Shown in pieces: positions 10,194-20,418 of a stretch of DNA of 54,134 nucleotides (position 1 is the stretch's first letter; every line of letters starts with the position of its first letter). The translations under genes were made by a program, and so were the position numbers. The notes below the pieces were generated by a model that was not told the DNA's origin, searched no databases, and saw only the letters and a list, made by a program, of their open reading frames with translations. The DNA comes from Candidatus Hodarchaeota archaeon. Lineage in GTDB: Archaea; Asgardarchaeota; Heimdallarchaeia; Hodarchaeales; Hodarchaeaceae. The stretch is from positions 1-54,134 of the forward strand of contig JAEOTQ010000189.1 in the NCBI GenBank assembly GCA_016839785.1, given 5' to 3'.

Positions 10194-11357
10194 ATGCCTA
10201 GTACAAGCAAATCATCCTCTAAGTCAAAATTGATATTGACTACAGGAAATTATGCTTCAGCTGAAGGCGCTATTGCAGTTGGATGCCGCTTCTTTGCCGG
10301 CTACCCAATAACACCATCATCTGAAATAGCACACTATATGTCGCGTCGTCTTCCGCAAGTAGGAGGGTCATTCATCCAAATGGAAGATGAACTTGCGTCA
10401 ATCGTTGCAGTTGTGGGTGCTTCTTATGCAGGAGTCAAAGCGATGACTGCTACTTCAGGTCCAGGTTTGTCTTTGATGGCGGAAACTGTCGGATTGGGAT
10501 TTATGTTAGAGGCACCAATGGTAATTGTTACGGTTATGCGTGGCGGTCCCAGTACAGGGCAACCCACAAAGGCGTCACAGTCTGATGTGATGCAAACACG
10601 GTATTTATCCCATGGTGATTACGAAATGATTGTTCTAGCGCCTGCTACGGTGCAGGAATGTTACGATTTTTCAATTAAAGCGTTTAATCTGGCCGAAAAG
10701 TATAGAACACCAGTAATAGTTGCCACTGATGGAATAGTGGGGCAAATGATGGAACCAGTTTCTTATCATTCCAATTTTGAAGTAATTACTAGAAAAGGGC
10801 CTCAAGTTCCCCCAGATAAGTATCAACCTTTTGAAGTTCTTGACGATGACTTGGTACCTGGAATGGCAACTGCTGGGTCAGAATATAATTTCTACGTAAC
10901 AGGACTTACACATGACAATACTGGAAGTCCTGATATGACTCCCGAGAGGGAAATTGAACTTGTCAAACGTTTATGCGATAAAATACGACGTGCTCGTCCC
11001 GATATAAACGACTGGGAAGAAAAATATCTAGAAGATGCAGAAACAGTAATTCTCTCTTATGGTATAAATTCTCGTGGTAATCCAGAAGCCGTCGCGCAAG
11101 CTCGTAAAAAAGGACATAAAGTTGGGTATGTTCGACTTAAAACTATATGGCCATTCCCTGATGAACTTATGGAACGATTTGGAAAGTTAGGAGTAAAAAA
11201 GGTACTTGTAACTGAAATGAACTATGGTCAGATTATCCGAGAAGTCGAACGGTTTAGACACCTAGGATTTTCAGTTTCTGGGTTATTAGTACCCACTACA
11301 ATACCATTTAGTCCTGCTTTCATCTATGAAGGCTTAATGAAGGAGGTTAACAGATGA
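10194..11357 (+). CDS. korA: 2-oxoacid (probably 2-oxoglutarate):ferredoxin oxidoreductase alpha subunit
   Basis: FAGYPITPSSE, QMEDE, TATSGPGLSLM and RGGPSTG motifs. Confidence 0.9.
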   Translation: MPSTSKSSSKSKLILTTGNYASAEGAIAVGCRFFAGYPITPSSEIAHYMSRRLPQVGGSFIQMEDELASIVAVVGASYAGVKAMTATSGPGLSLMAETVGLGFMLEAPMVIVTVMRGGPSTGQPTKASQSDVMQTRYLSHGDYEMIVLAPATVQECYDFSIKAFNLAEKYRTPVIVATDGIVGQMMEPVSYHSNFEVITRKGPQVPPDKYQPFEVLDDDLVPGMATAGSEYNFYVTGLTHDNTGSPDMTPEREIELVKRLCDKIRRARPDINDWEEKYLEDAETVILSYGINSRGNPEAVAQARKKGHKVGYVRLKTIWPFPDELMERFGKLGVKKVLVTEMNYGQIIREVERFRHLGFSVSGLLVPTTIPFSPAFIYEGLMKEVNR

Positions 11358-12220
11358 CGACATCAAATGAAGTATTTGTACCAGATCTTGACTATCCAGA
11401 AGATCATCCGCTACATGGACGCTTAAACCTCAACAGGTTTATATTCTGCCCAGGTTGTTTAATTGGAACCGCAATTACGTCTATCACTACATGTTTAGTT
11501 GAGAGAGGATTAACACCTAAAGACTATGCAATTGTCTCAGGAATTGGTTGTACAGGGCGATCAAGTGGCTGTTTCAAAGCGCCCGCGTTTCACGCTACCC
11601 ATGGTCGTGCTATTCCTTTTGCAACGGGATTAAAACTTGCGAATCCAGATTTGGAAGTATTTGTATTGTCTGGAGATGGTGATCTGTTTGCTATCGGGGG
11701 TAATCATTTCATTCATGCATGTCGAAGAAATGTCGAAATCAATGTCATTTGTAACAATAATGGAATTTATGGTATGACTGGAGGACAGTGTGCTCCAACG
11801 ACTTCCATTGGTGATTTTACCTCAACTTCTCCATATGGAAATATTGAACCTCCTTTTAATCTAGTTTCCTTGGCAGCAGCAGCAGGTGCTTCTTTTGTTG
11901 CGCGTTGGCCTGGGTATGACACACTAAGATTAAGAGAAAGTATATTCAAAGCCATGGATAATCCTGGCTTTAGTTTCATTGAAGTTCTTGCTCCCTGTTT
12001 CACTCAATATGGGAGGAAAAACAAGAGGGGTGATGCAGTGAAAATGTTGGAATGGCTCAGGGAAATGGTCGTTATTGATAAAAATTGTCCACCTCATGAA
12101 GCAGAATATTCTCATGAAAACCAAAGAATAGTATGTGGAGAATTTGTCAATAATCCAAGGGAAGGGTTTTCAGAGAAAATTAAGAAACTTAGAGAGACAG
12201 CGCAAAGCAGGAAAAAGTGA
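11354..12220 (+). CDS. korB: 2-oxoacid:ferredoxin oxidoreductase beta subunit (TPP-binding)
   Basis: FCPGC, SGIGC, HGRAIP and GDGD...NNGIYGMTGGQ TPP motif. Confidence 0.9.
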   Translation: MTTSNEVFVPDLDYPEDHPLHGRLNLNRFIFCPGCLIGTAITSITTCLVERGLTPKDYAIVSGIGCTGRSSGCFKAPAFHATHGRAIPFATGLKLANPDLEVFVLSGDGDLFAIGGNHFIHACRRNVEINVICNNNGIYGMTGGQCAPTTSIGDFTSTSPYGNIEPPFNLVSLAAAAGASFVARWPGYDTLRLRESIFKAMDNPGFSFIEVLAPCFTQYGRKNKRGDAVKMLEWLREMVVIDKNCPPHEAEYSHENQRIVCGEFVNNPREGFSEKIKKLRETAQSRKK

Positions 12221-12241
12221 AAAGGCATCAGGTGAGAATCA

Positions 12242-14632
12242 ATGACAGAAAGTGTAGACAATGTTGAACAAGATGTGAAAGTGGGTGTTTTTCTATGCAA
12301 ATGTGGAAAGAATATCGCTGGATCAGTAGATATCGATAAAATTGCAGAGCAAGTTAAGGATTTACCTAATGTCGAACTAGTTCAAGTAAATACGTATACC
12401 TGCTCAGACCCAGGTCAAGTAGAAATTGAAACAGCAATAAAAGAACAAGGAATTGAAAGAATTGTTGTCTCTGCTTGTTCCCCACGCTTGCATGGTCCAA
12501 CTTGGAAAAAATTAATGAAAAGAAGCGGTATGAATCCAGAAGTTGTCGAAGTTGCTAATATTCGAGAACAATGCTCATGGGTTCATCTTCATGATAAAGA
12601 AGAGGCTACTGTTAAGGCGATGGAATTAACTGAAATGGCCGTAGCGAAAGCAGCAATGCTTGAACCTGCTGAAGCTACAGTAGTTCCTGTTGAAAAACGC
12701 GTTCTTATTATTGGCGGTGGTGTTGCAGGAATTCAAGCCGCCTTGGATTTAGCTGATGATTATAAAGTAGTTTTGGTTGAAAAAAGTCCCACTATAGGTG
12801 GGAACATGGCATTAATCGATAAAACTTTCCCTACGATGGATTGTTCAATTTGCATTTTGGGTCCTAAAATGGCAGATGTAGGCAATCATGATAATATTTC
12901 ATTAATTGCGAATGCGGAAGTCACTAAAATTTCGGGCTATGTGGGTAATTTTCAAGTTGAAGTTAAAAAACAACCCAGATATGTTGATGAAGATCTCTGT
13001 ACAGCATGCAATGACTGTGTGGATATTTGTCCTGTTAATGTTATTGATGAATATTCAGGAAACTTAGGATGGAGAAAAGCCATCTATATTCCGTATCCCC
13101 AAGCAGTCCCCGCCAGTTATATCATTGATACAGATAATTGTCTTGGTTTAGACGTTCTTGCTTGTGGAAAATGTAAGTCTACATGTGAGAAGGAAGCTAT
13201 TAATTATGAGGATTTGGAAAAAACCTACAAGTATAAAGTGGGTACCATTATTATCTCAACGGGTTTTGAGATGTTTGATGCCTCCAAGATTCCAGAATAC
13301 GGATGGGGCAATTATCCAAATGTAGTTACAACTTTTGAGTTTGAACGATTAATTAATGCTGCTGGTCCAACTTCAGGAGATCTCGTTCGTCCTAGTGATC
13401 TTAAACGTCCCAAAAGTGTAGCTTTTATTCAATGTGTCGGATCGCGTGATCAACGATATAATCCTTACTGCTCAAATTATTGCTGTATGGAGACTATAAA
13501 GGATACTCTGCTAATCAAAGAGCATTGGCCAGATGTCGACATCTCTGTCTTCTTCATTGACATAAGAGCATTTGGGAAAGGGTTTGAAGAACTTTATACT
13601 CGTTCTAGAAGAGAAGGTGTTAAGTACATTCGAGGACGTCCCTCTCAAGTTCAACAGACTGGTCCAAATAATAATCTTATTGTTTCAGTGGAAGATACTA
13701 TGACTGGAACGTTAATTAACAAGGAATTTGAAATGGTTGTGTTGTCAATTGGTGCTGAAGGTCCTAGTTCAAATATTCCTTTCCCAGTAGCAAAAGATAC
13801 TCATGAATTTTATATTGAATCGCACCCGAAGCTTCGTCCAGTAGATACACCCACAGATGGTATCTTCATTGCAGGAGGAGCTGAATCACCAAAAGATATT
13901 CGTGAAGCAGTTACCCAAGCAAGTGCTGCAGCAGGACGAGTCACCAGAGTCTTAACCAAAGGTGAGTTTTCGGTCGAACCTTTATACGCGGTAGTAAATG
14001 CTGAGCTCTGTAATTCATGTGGAATCTGTGCAACCCGATGTCCATATAATGCCATAACAGTAGATAAAGAGAAAAAGACCCCTGCTCATGTAATTCCCGT
14101 TCTATGTAAAGGTTGCGGTACATGTGCCGCTGATTGTCCCCAAGATGCTATAATGATGACGAATTTCACAGATGCAATGATTTTAAGGCAGGTCGATATC
14201 GCATTAAGGGACAATGCCGATGAGAAAGTCATGATTTTTGCTTGTAACTGGTGCTCATACGGAGGGGCTGATTTGGCTGGAACTAGTCGAATTCAGTATC
14301 CTACCAATTCACGTGTAGTGCGAGTTATGTGTTCTGGCAGAATTGACGTAGATTTTATCAAGCGTGCTTTTGAACTCGGAGCTGGTTCTGTAATGCTGAC
14401 AGGTTGCCATCCCCAAGATTGTCATTACATCTCTGGTAACGATTTCGCCATTAAACGTGAACGAAAGATTCGTCGCTGGATGAAGAAGCAAGGAATATCT
14501 GATGATCGCTTTATCATTGAATGGATGTCCGCTGCTGAAGGAAAGAAGTTTGCAGATGTAGTTACCAAAATGGCTGGAATTGCAAAGAAGAACCACAAAG
14601 CAAAACACGTCTCTGAGAAAGCAACAGCATAA
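12242..14632 (+). CDS. hdrA: Heterodisulfide reductase subunit A fused to a C-terminal MvhD domain
   Basis: VFLCKCG, ANIREQCSWVH, GGGVAG FAD site, DKTFPTMDCSIC, EFERL, QCVGSRD...YCSNYCC, two ferredoxin domains, then MvhD motifs CNWCSY, VMCSGR, GCHPQDCHY. Confidence 0.93.
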   Translation: MTESVDNVEQDVKVGVFLCKCGKNIAGSVDIDKIAEQVKDLPNVELVQVNTYTCSDPGQVEIETAIKEQGIERIVVSACSPRLHGPTWKKLMKRSGMNPEVVEVANIREQCSWVHLHDKEEATVKAMELTEMAVAKAAMLEPAEATVVPVEKRVLIIGGGVAGIQAALDLADDYKVVLVEKSPTIGGNMALIDKTFPTMDCSICILGPKMADVGNHDNISLIANAEVTKISGYVGNFQVEVKKQPRYVDEDLCTACNDCVDICPVNVIDEYSGNLGWRKAIYIPYPQAVPASYIIDTDNCLGLDVLACGKCKSTCEKEAINYEDLEKTYKYKVGTIIISTGFEMFDASKIPEYGWGNYPNVVTTFEFERLINAAGPTSGDLVRPSDLKRPKSVAFIQCVGSRDQRYNPYCSNYCCMETIKDTLLIKEHWPDVDISVFFIDIRAFGKGFEELYTRSRREGVKYIRGRPSQVQQTGPNNNLIVSVEDTMTGTLINKEFEMVVLSIGAEGPSSNIPFPVAKDTHEFYIESHPKLRPVDTPTDGIFIAGGAESPKDIREAVTQASAAAGRVTRVLTKGEFSVEPLYAVVNAELCNSCGICATRCPYNAITVDKEKKTPAHVIPVLCKGCGTCAADCPQDAIMMTNFTDAMILRQVDIALRDNADEKVMIFACNWCSYGGADLAGTSRIQYPTNSRVVRVMCSGRIDVDFIKRAFELGAGSVMLTGCHPQDCHYISGNDFAIKRERKIRRWMKKQGISDDRFIIEWMSAAEGKKFADVVTKMAGIAKKNHKAKHVSEKATA

Positions 14633-14690
14633 TTAAGCCATTTTCTATTCATTTTTTCCCTTTTTTTCTATCTCTGTATTTTTATTCAAA
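14633..14690 (+). terminator. U-rich archaeal terminator region
   Basis: Multiple T tracts directly after the hdrA stop. Confidence 0.5.
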
Positions 14691-15065
14691 TAATATGCCT
14701 TAAGAACCATTTTAATCAATTTTGTTAAATAAATAACATCCCCAATGGCGTTATCGAACCTTATTGATTTTGTACCTGATCACGAATAATATACTTCCAA
14801 ACCGATTTACCCATATTGGTAGAATCATTATAGTCTCCAACTGGATCAATATATTTCACGATATACAATCCGCCTGTGGTACCTGCTTCAGGGTCCCTAA
14901 TCCATGCATGAATGGGATAGCACTCAAAACGCGTTTTATTTTCTTCAGATTATTCTTCTGGTATACTCAACCAGATAGGTGATGTTGGCCGTGTGTAATC
15001 ACTGGTTGGATCATCCTTATCACAACGTATACGCTGAGGTGCTGAAATATTAAAGATATGATTAA
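14690..15065 (-). pseudogene. Probable gene remnant of unknown family
   Basis: Minus-strand frame reads HIFNISAPQRIRCDKDDPTSDY...IPEE*SEENKTRFECYPIHAWIRDPEAGTTGGLYIVKYIDPVGDY..., protein-like, with an internal TAA at 14950-14952 and no clear start. Confidence 0.35.
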
Positions 15066-15183
15066 TTAGATGATTTATTTCAGGTATCAACACTTTTTAA
15101 TATATGTTCAACCAAAGATAATCTTAAATAATGGATTTGATATTAGTCTATTTAGAACTAAACAAATATAAAAATGATTTGAA

Positions 15184-15816
15184 ATGCTCATTTTATCAAA
15201 ACCTACTTATCCAGAATTTCAAGAATTGTTTTCAAATGACTCGGCCGTTAAAATATTGGCTGCATTATTTCAAATGAGTAACAAACGCAGCTCAGCTGCA
15301 AAACTAGCGTCGATTCTTGGAATTCACATAAGTACAGCCAAAAAACATCTTGAAGCACTTCACAAACATGGCTTTCTGAATAAACATGCAACAAAGAATC
15401 AACCCGGAAAGCCCACATATTATACCCTTAAAACAGATCAAAATTTAATTCTATTAGATCTTAATATCATAACAAAAACTGTAGATTTTAATATTAATGT
15501 TCCAAACGTCTTCATTCGTGAAAAAAAGGGGCTTTACCCACGTATTCAATTCATTTTTGAGAAAGATACAAGTATCAAGACTATTAAAATCAGTATGCGT
15601 ACCAAGGCACACCGTACTATAACTAGAGATCTAAATCTTACAGAAGATGAAGGAAAGTTCTTGAAATACCTTCCTCATCCAACCATGGAGCCATGTTCCT
15701 TAGTAGAGGCATGTAAAAATGCCAACATTACTGGATCAATCCGAATCAAGTCAATATATAATTTTGTTGAAAAATTAACAGACATAGGAATAATTGAGAT
15801 TATTAAAGAGGCATAA
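15184..15816 (+). CDS. Winged-helix (ArsR-like) transcriptional regulator with a C-terminal extension
   Basis: SAAKLASILGIHISTAKKHLEALHKHG HTH and GKPTYYT wing. Confidence 0.75.
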   Translation: MLILSKPTYPEFQELFSNDSAVKILAALFQMSNKRSSAAKLASILGIHISTAKKHLEALHKHGFLNKHATKNQPGKPTYYTLKTDQNLILLDLNIITKTVDFNINVPNVFIREKKGLYPRIQFIFEKDTSIKTIKISMRTKAHRTITRDLNLTEDEGKFLKYLPHPTMEPCSLVEACKNANITGSIRIKSIYNFVEKLTDIGIIEIIKEA

Positions 15817-15834
15817 GATTGGAGTTCAAAAGGG

Positions 15835-16869
15835 ATGAAAAAAAAAAGAGGTGATAATTCAAGTGGAAATGAGTTAAATCCTCGTTTAACTGCTGCATAT
15901 ACTCCAGAATTTAAATTATTCAAACAAAACTTGAACAAAAGATATTATTTGCTAATTTTATTATTTATATTTGAAATTCTACTTTATTTTGCCCAGTCAA
16001 ATAATCCAGAATTTACACCACTTTTCAATTTTTTCTCCACCTCGGTCGTGTTAGTCTTAAATGTTTATTTGTATGTTTTGCTTTGTATTCCTTTAATTTG
16101 GATGTTATTCATAATAACAAGGAGAATAAAAAGTTGGATTTTTGGTATACAAATAATAGTCTATATGCAGGTCGCTCTCGTCTTTTTAATATATCAAATT
16201 ATTGCTGGACCTGATTATTTTCCTATTGTCAGGAGTATTTTGTCTGCTGTATTTTCTACACCCCTGTTAGGAATCATTTTTTTTTACTATCCAGGATTGG
16301 TTTTTGTGGAATTATTATTAATACGTCATCCATTATTTACTACTGGAAGAGATAAAGCCTCTTATTTTGGAAAATCAACAATTTTATCTTCTCAAGCTAC
16401 AAAGATAGATAGTACTGAAAACGGTTATTCTCAAAAAGCTCTTTTTTCAGAATTTAATAGATTAGCTTCTGGTGTTCAATCTGTAAAAGAATTCCAAATA
16501 TTAGGAACAGCCTATGCAAAATTCTTAGGAAAAAAAGGACTAATTATTTACTGGGAAATAACAAACGCAGCTATAAAATTATATCCAAGGTTTCTCATTT
16601 GGTGGCCATCCCTTTTATTCAATCCATTAGGAATGATTTATTTTTTAAATAATATAAGAAAACGTAAAAACCTAACTGTAGTAGAAATAACCTACGACCC
16701 CCCTCAGATTTCTATTCAGGTGTCCCCTGCAGATTACGAAATTCTCGCCAAGGACGTCACCTTTCATCTCCTAGGTCAAAAAGTATTAAAGAAAATAAAA
16801 GAATCACTATTGGCATTTCTGAACGATGATCAGGAAGTTGCATACAATACATTGTTTGGCAATACCTAA
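15835..16869 (+). CDS. Hypothetical membrane protein
   Basis: 4-5 N-terminal TM segments and a soluble C-terminal domain. Confidence 0.65.
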   Translation: MKKKRGDNSSGNELNPRLTAAYTPEFKLFKQNLNKRYYLLILLFIFEILLYFAQSNNPEFTPLFNFFSTSVVLVLNVYLYVLLCIPLIWMLFIITRRIKSWIFGIQIIVYMQVALVFLIYQIIAGPDYFPIVRSILSAVFSTPLLGIIFFYYPGLVFVELLLIRHPLFTTGRDKASYFGKSTILSSQATKIDSTENGYSQKALFSEFNRLASGVQSVKEFQILGTAYAKFLGKKGLIIYWEITNAAIKLYPRFLIWWPSLLFNPLGMIYFLNNIRKRKNLTVVEITYDPPQISIQVSPADYEILAKDVTFHLLGQKVLKKIKESLLAFLNDDQEVAYNTLFGNT

Positions 16870-17083
16870 TTATTCCTTGATACAAACTTTCTTGAGTATC
16901 AATTGCGAAGAAATGCTTTTTTCATTATCCTTTTTTTTTTATACATTTTGATTTTTAGCATGAATTCTTAAGCTGGACGGGAAAAAATTAATAAAATTGC
17001 AATTAAATTCCTTTCTCGTTTATCTGAAAATTCACAGTAATTTTATTATCTTGTAAATAAACTTAAACTAAGGGATTCAAATC

Positions 17084-19012
17084 ATGGTTTCAATTGCAAA
17101 AAAAATTCTACAAGACCACCTTGTTGAAGGTAAGTATGAAATAGGAGAAGAAATAGGTATCCGGATCGATCATACTCTAACCCAGGATGCTACAGGAACA
17201 ATGGCTTATCTTCAATTCGAGGCAATGGGGCTTGATAAAGTAAAGACAGAACTATCTGTTTCGATTGTAGATCACAATACGACTCAATCAGATTTTAAAA
17301 ATCCAGATGATCATCGTTACTTACAATCTGTTGCCGCAAAATATGGAATCCAATTTTCAAGACCAGGGAACGGTATTTGTCATCAAGTGTTCCTTGAACG
17401 GTTTGCTACTCCAAGTAAAACGTTAATTGGATCCGATTCTCATACTCCGACGGCTGGAGGGATGGGTACTATTGCTATAGGTGCTGGAGGCCTAGATGTA
17501 GCTGTAGCAATGGGTGGTGGCCCATTTTATCTGAAAACTCCCAAGATTGTCGGAGTAAAATTATCTGGAGCATTGCCAGATTATGTTGCCGCGAAAGATG
17601 TCATCTTAGAAATCCTCCGTAGAATCAATGTCAAAGGCGGAGTAGGGAAAATCCTTGAATATTTCGGTCCAGGGGTCAAAACACTTTCAGTACCTGAAAG
17701 AGCAACCATTACTAATATGGGAGCAGAAACAGGAGCAACGACCTCTATTTTTCCATCAGATGAAGTGACAAAAGAATTTTTAAAATGGCAAAAAAGAGAA
17801 TCAGACTGGGTAGAGCTTCCAGCAGGTGAAGATGGAGATTTTGATGAGATTATTGAGATAGATCTTTCAGAAATTGAACCTCTTGTAGCGAAGCCTCATT
17901 CTCCAGGAAATGTTGTACCGTTATCCGAACTTTATGGAATGAAGGTTGATCAGGTAGCAATAGGTTCTTGTACGAACAGTTCACTCAAGGATATGCTTAC
18001 TGTGGCTGCTCTTCTTAAAGGACGCAAAATTCATTCAGATACCGTTTTAGGAATATCTCCAGGATCTAGACAAGTCTTGATGGAATTGGCTAAAAATGGA
18101 TCTTTAGCTGATGCAATCACGGCTGGTGCCCGAATACTCGAGAGCGCCTGCGGTCCATGTATCGGAATGGGATTTGCTCCTAAGACCGATGCTGTGGCAG
18201 TGCGTACATTTAATCGTAACTTTTTTGGACGAACTGGAACAAAAAGTGCAAATGCATATCTTGTAAGTCCTGAAGTGGCTGTTGCTGCCGCGGTGTTTGG
18301 AGAATTTACTGATCCTAATAAATTGGGTGCTTATCCTAAGATCAATATTCCCAATGAGATAGAAATCGATGATTCAATGATCCTTAAACCTTCCGCATCA
18401 CCAGCAGATATTTCGATCATTCGTGGACCAAATATAGCTCCATTACCTGAGTTTCAATCCCTCCAAGATGATTTTGAATTCAAGGTTCTCATAAAAACAG
18501 AGGATGATGTTACCACTGATCATATCATGCCTGCTGGGTCAAAAATTCTACCTCTCCGGTCAAATCTCCCTGAAATTAGTAAACATGTGTTTGAACAGGT
18601 AGATGCTTCTTTTCCAGAAAGAGCGCTCAAAAGCAAGGAAGAAGGTGGTGGAATCATAATTGGTGGTGAAAATTACGGTCAGGGTTCTAGTCGAGAACAC
18701 GCTGCGTTAGCTCCTATGTATTTGGGAATAAAGACGGTTCTTACAAAATCCTTTGCTCGTATACATCGGGATAATCTCGTTAACTTTGGTATCTTGCCTT
18801 TAACCTTCAAAAATGATGGAGACTATGATCGAATAAAAAGCGGTGATATTCTCGAAATTAAAGGAGCCCAAAAGGCATTAAAAGAGAATCTACCGATTTC
18901 AGTTCATAATCGAACTCAGAATTTTGATATAGAGACTTCATATGATTTTTCAGAACGGGAACGCGAAATTCTTTTAGCTGGGGGAAAGCTCCGTTATACA
19001 GTAGCATCCTAA
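17084..19012 (+). CDS. acnA: Aconitate hydratase (short, approx. 640-aa type)
   Basis: TLTQDATGT, GICHQ, GSDSHT, IGSCTN, CGPCIG, RTFNRNF, TTDHI and NYGQGSSREHAA motifs. Confidence 0.93.
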   Translation: MVSIAKKILQDHLVEGKYEIGEEIGIRIDHTLTQDATGTMAYLQFEAMGLDKVKTELSVSIVDHNTTQSDFKNPDDHRYLQSVAAKYGIQFSRPGNGICHQVFLERFATPSKTLIGSDSHTPTAGGMGTIAIGAGGLDVAVAMGGGPFYLKTPKIVGVKLSGALPDYVAAKDVILEILRRINVKGGVGKILEYFGPGVKTLSVPERATITNMGAETGATTSIFPSDEVTKEFLKWQKRESDWVELPAGEDGDFDEIIEIDLSEIEPLVAKPHSPGNVVPLSELYGMKVDQVAIGSCTNSSLKDMLTVAALLKGRKIHSDTVLGISPGSRQVLMELAKNGSLADAITAGARILESACGPCIGMGFAPKTDAVAVRTFNRNFFGRTGTKSANAYLVSPEVAVAAAVFGEFTDPNKLGAYPKINIPNEIEIDDSMILKPSASPADISIIRGPNIAPLPEFQSLQDDFEFKVLIKTEDDVTTDHIMPAGSKILPLRSNLPEISKHVFEQVDASFPERALKSKEEGGGIIIGGENYGQGSSREHAALAPMYLGIKTVLTKSFARIHRDNLVNFGILPLTFKNDGDYDRIKSGDILEIKGAQKALKENLPISVHNRTQNFDIETSYDFSEREREILLAGGKLRYTVAS

Positions 19013-19050
19013 GTGGTAAACTACCACTTCCCTTTTTTCATTCCAATTTT
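19011..19050 (+). terminator. Hairpin plus U-tract terminator
   Basis: AAGTGGTA-AAC-TACCACTT followed by CCCTTTTTT right after the aconitase stop. Confidence 0.6.
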
Positions 19051-19272
19051 TTAACGTCGAGTTAATCGGACGAGTACAAATATTCCAGGAACTACAACAA
19101 AAACCAAGCTAGCAATTAGAATCACTAGAATTAAGTAAGATCCATCAGGATTAGTGGTTGTTTCAGGCTCAGTTGTTCTGAGCACAAAATTGACGATAAA
19201 AAAGAGTACTCCCATTATCAGTATGAAAACACTAATGGCGATTCTGTATATTTTGTCCAATCGATAACTCAC
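19051..19272 (-). CDS. Small two-TM membrane protein
   Basis: Two hydrophobic helices linked by a Thr-rich loop; basic C-terminus. Confidence 0.6.
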   Translation of the reverse strand: MSYRLDKIYRIAISVFILIMGVLFFIVNFVLRTTEPETTTNPDGSYLILVILIASLVFVVVPGIFVLVRLTRR

Positions 19273-19308
19273 CTTTAAGCTATAGATTTGAAATCCAGTC
19301 TAATTAGC

Positions 19309-19752
19309 TTACTTTCCCATTTTATTAATAATTTGCTGATGAGATTCACCATGAATATGAGCATGAAACTCAGTTGAATCACAATACTCACATTGTCGAA
19401 CCTTGGAACGATCCTCTGGGAACCTCCACGTGTGACCACATTTATCACAATGGAAGAAATCCGAAGGGTTTGATATCCGAATAGCAAATCCAAGTACTAA
19501 AGCTTTGGCTATTTTATTGTGAGCTTCTTCTAAATGCCGTGAAACAGTTGATTGGGAAATATTCATTTCCTCAGCAACCTCGATCTGTTTCTTGCCTTCT
19601 AAATCAGTTAGTCGGATCGTTTCTAGCTCTTCGAGAGTAATATCCACTTCACCAGAGATATCCTTCATAGGAATCCCGCGTGGTTTAAAGTAAAACTGGG
19701 TTGGATCACATTTAATAATTCTTGAACTTTTAGGGCGTGGTAAAGTTTTCAA
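19309..19752 (-). CDS. DUF134 family HTH protein with a C-terminal zinc ribbon
   Basis: PRPK..R, YFKPRGIP, EELETIRLTDLEG..Q.EVAEEMNISQST, CDKC...CEYC. Start uncertain (TTG at 19752). Confidence 0.85.
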   Translation of the reverse strand: MKTLPRPKSSRIIKCDPTQFYFKPRGIPMKDISGEVDITLEELETIRLTDLEGKKQIEVAEEMNISQSTVSRHLEEAHNKIAKALVLGFAIRISNPSDFFHCDKCGHTWRFPEDRSKVRQCEYCDSTEFHAHIHGESHQQIINKMGK

Positions 19753-20055
19753 CTCCACGGAACACTTGTAAAACACAATTCAATAGGAGATTTCTCAGAT
19801 AATCTCTCGACACCATATATTGATAAACTGAGTGGACACGGAAAAAGGGGATTAAACGAGTTTCTCAAAAACTTCCGAAATGAAATTTATACACTAATTT
19901 TCAACAATTCTCACAAAAGTGTGTGTTGAAGATTTAACTGGTCCTAAAACCTCTATCGGGTATTTAAAAGCAGAACTTTTGGGGAAAAATTAAAAGTATT
20001 CCAAAATGACTAAATTGGAAAAAAAAGACAAGAAACTTGAATAAATTAAACGGCC

Positions 20056-20397
20056 TTAAACATCATCTTTCTTAGATAATGCCTCAAGTCTCTTTTCTAT
20101 ATTTTCAATTTCCTTTTTCAGTCCACTCAAGGTCTCTTCTAGATATCTAGTTTCATCCTCAGGGGTGAAATGAGGTGAAAAAGGAGGTATCGGTGTTGGT
20201 TGATCTAGCGGGTAAAAATTTCGTCCTGGATAAAATCCTCGACCTCCTCCCCAACCTCGTCCTCCTCCATAACCACGACCCCACCCAATACCAGAACCTT
20301 TTGCATAACCAGGTGCAGAATAACCTGAACAATAACCTAATCCTCGACCTGACCGAGGCCCTTGTCCCCATGGACCTGTTCTATTTCCTCTTGGCAA
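20056..20397 (-). CDS. DUF5320 family Gly/Arg-rich protein
   Basis: MPRGNRTGPWGQGPRSGRGLGYC N-terminus (TTG start after GGTGA), GRG repeats, C-terminal coiled coil. Confidence 0.85.
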   Translation of the reverse strand: MPRGNRTGPWGQGPRSGRGLGYCSGYSAPGYAKGSGIGWGRGYGGGRGWGGGRGFYPGRNFYPLDQPTPIPPFSPHFTPEDETRYLEETLSGLKKEIENIEKRLEALSKKDDV

Positions 20398-20418
20398 TTT
20401 TATCACCAACGAGCTATT

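Noticed and set aside
12242-14632. Selenocysteine in HdrA/MvhD, as known in some archaea
   Set aside because: The ORF has no in-frame TGA and the relevant positions are Cys; no SECIS-like hairpin was evident in the U-rich 3' region.
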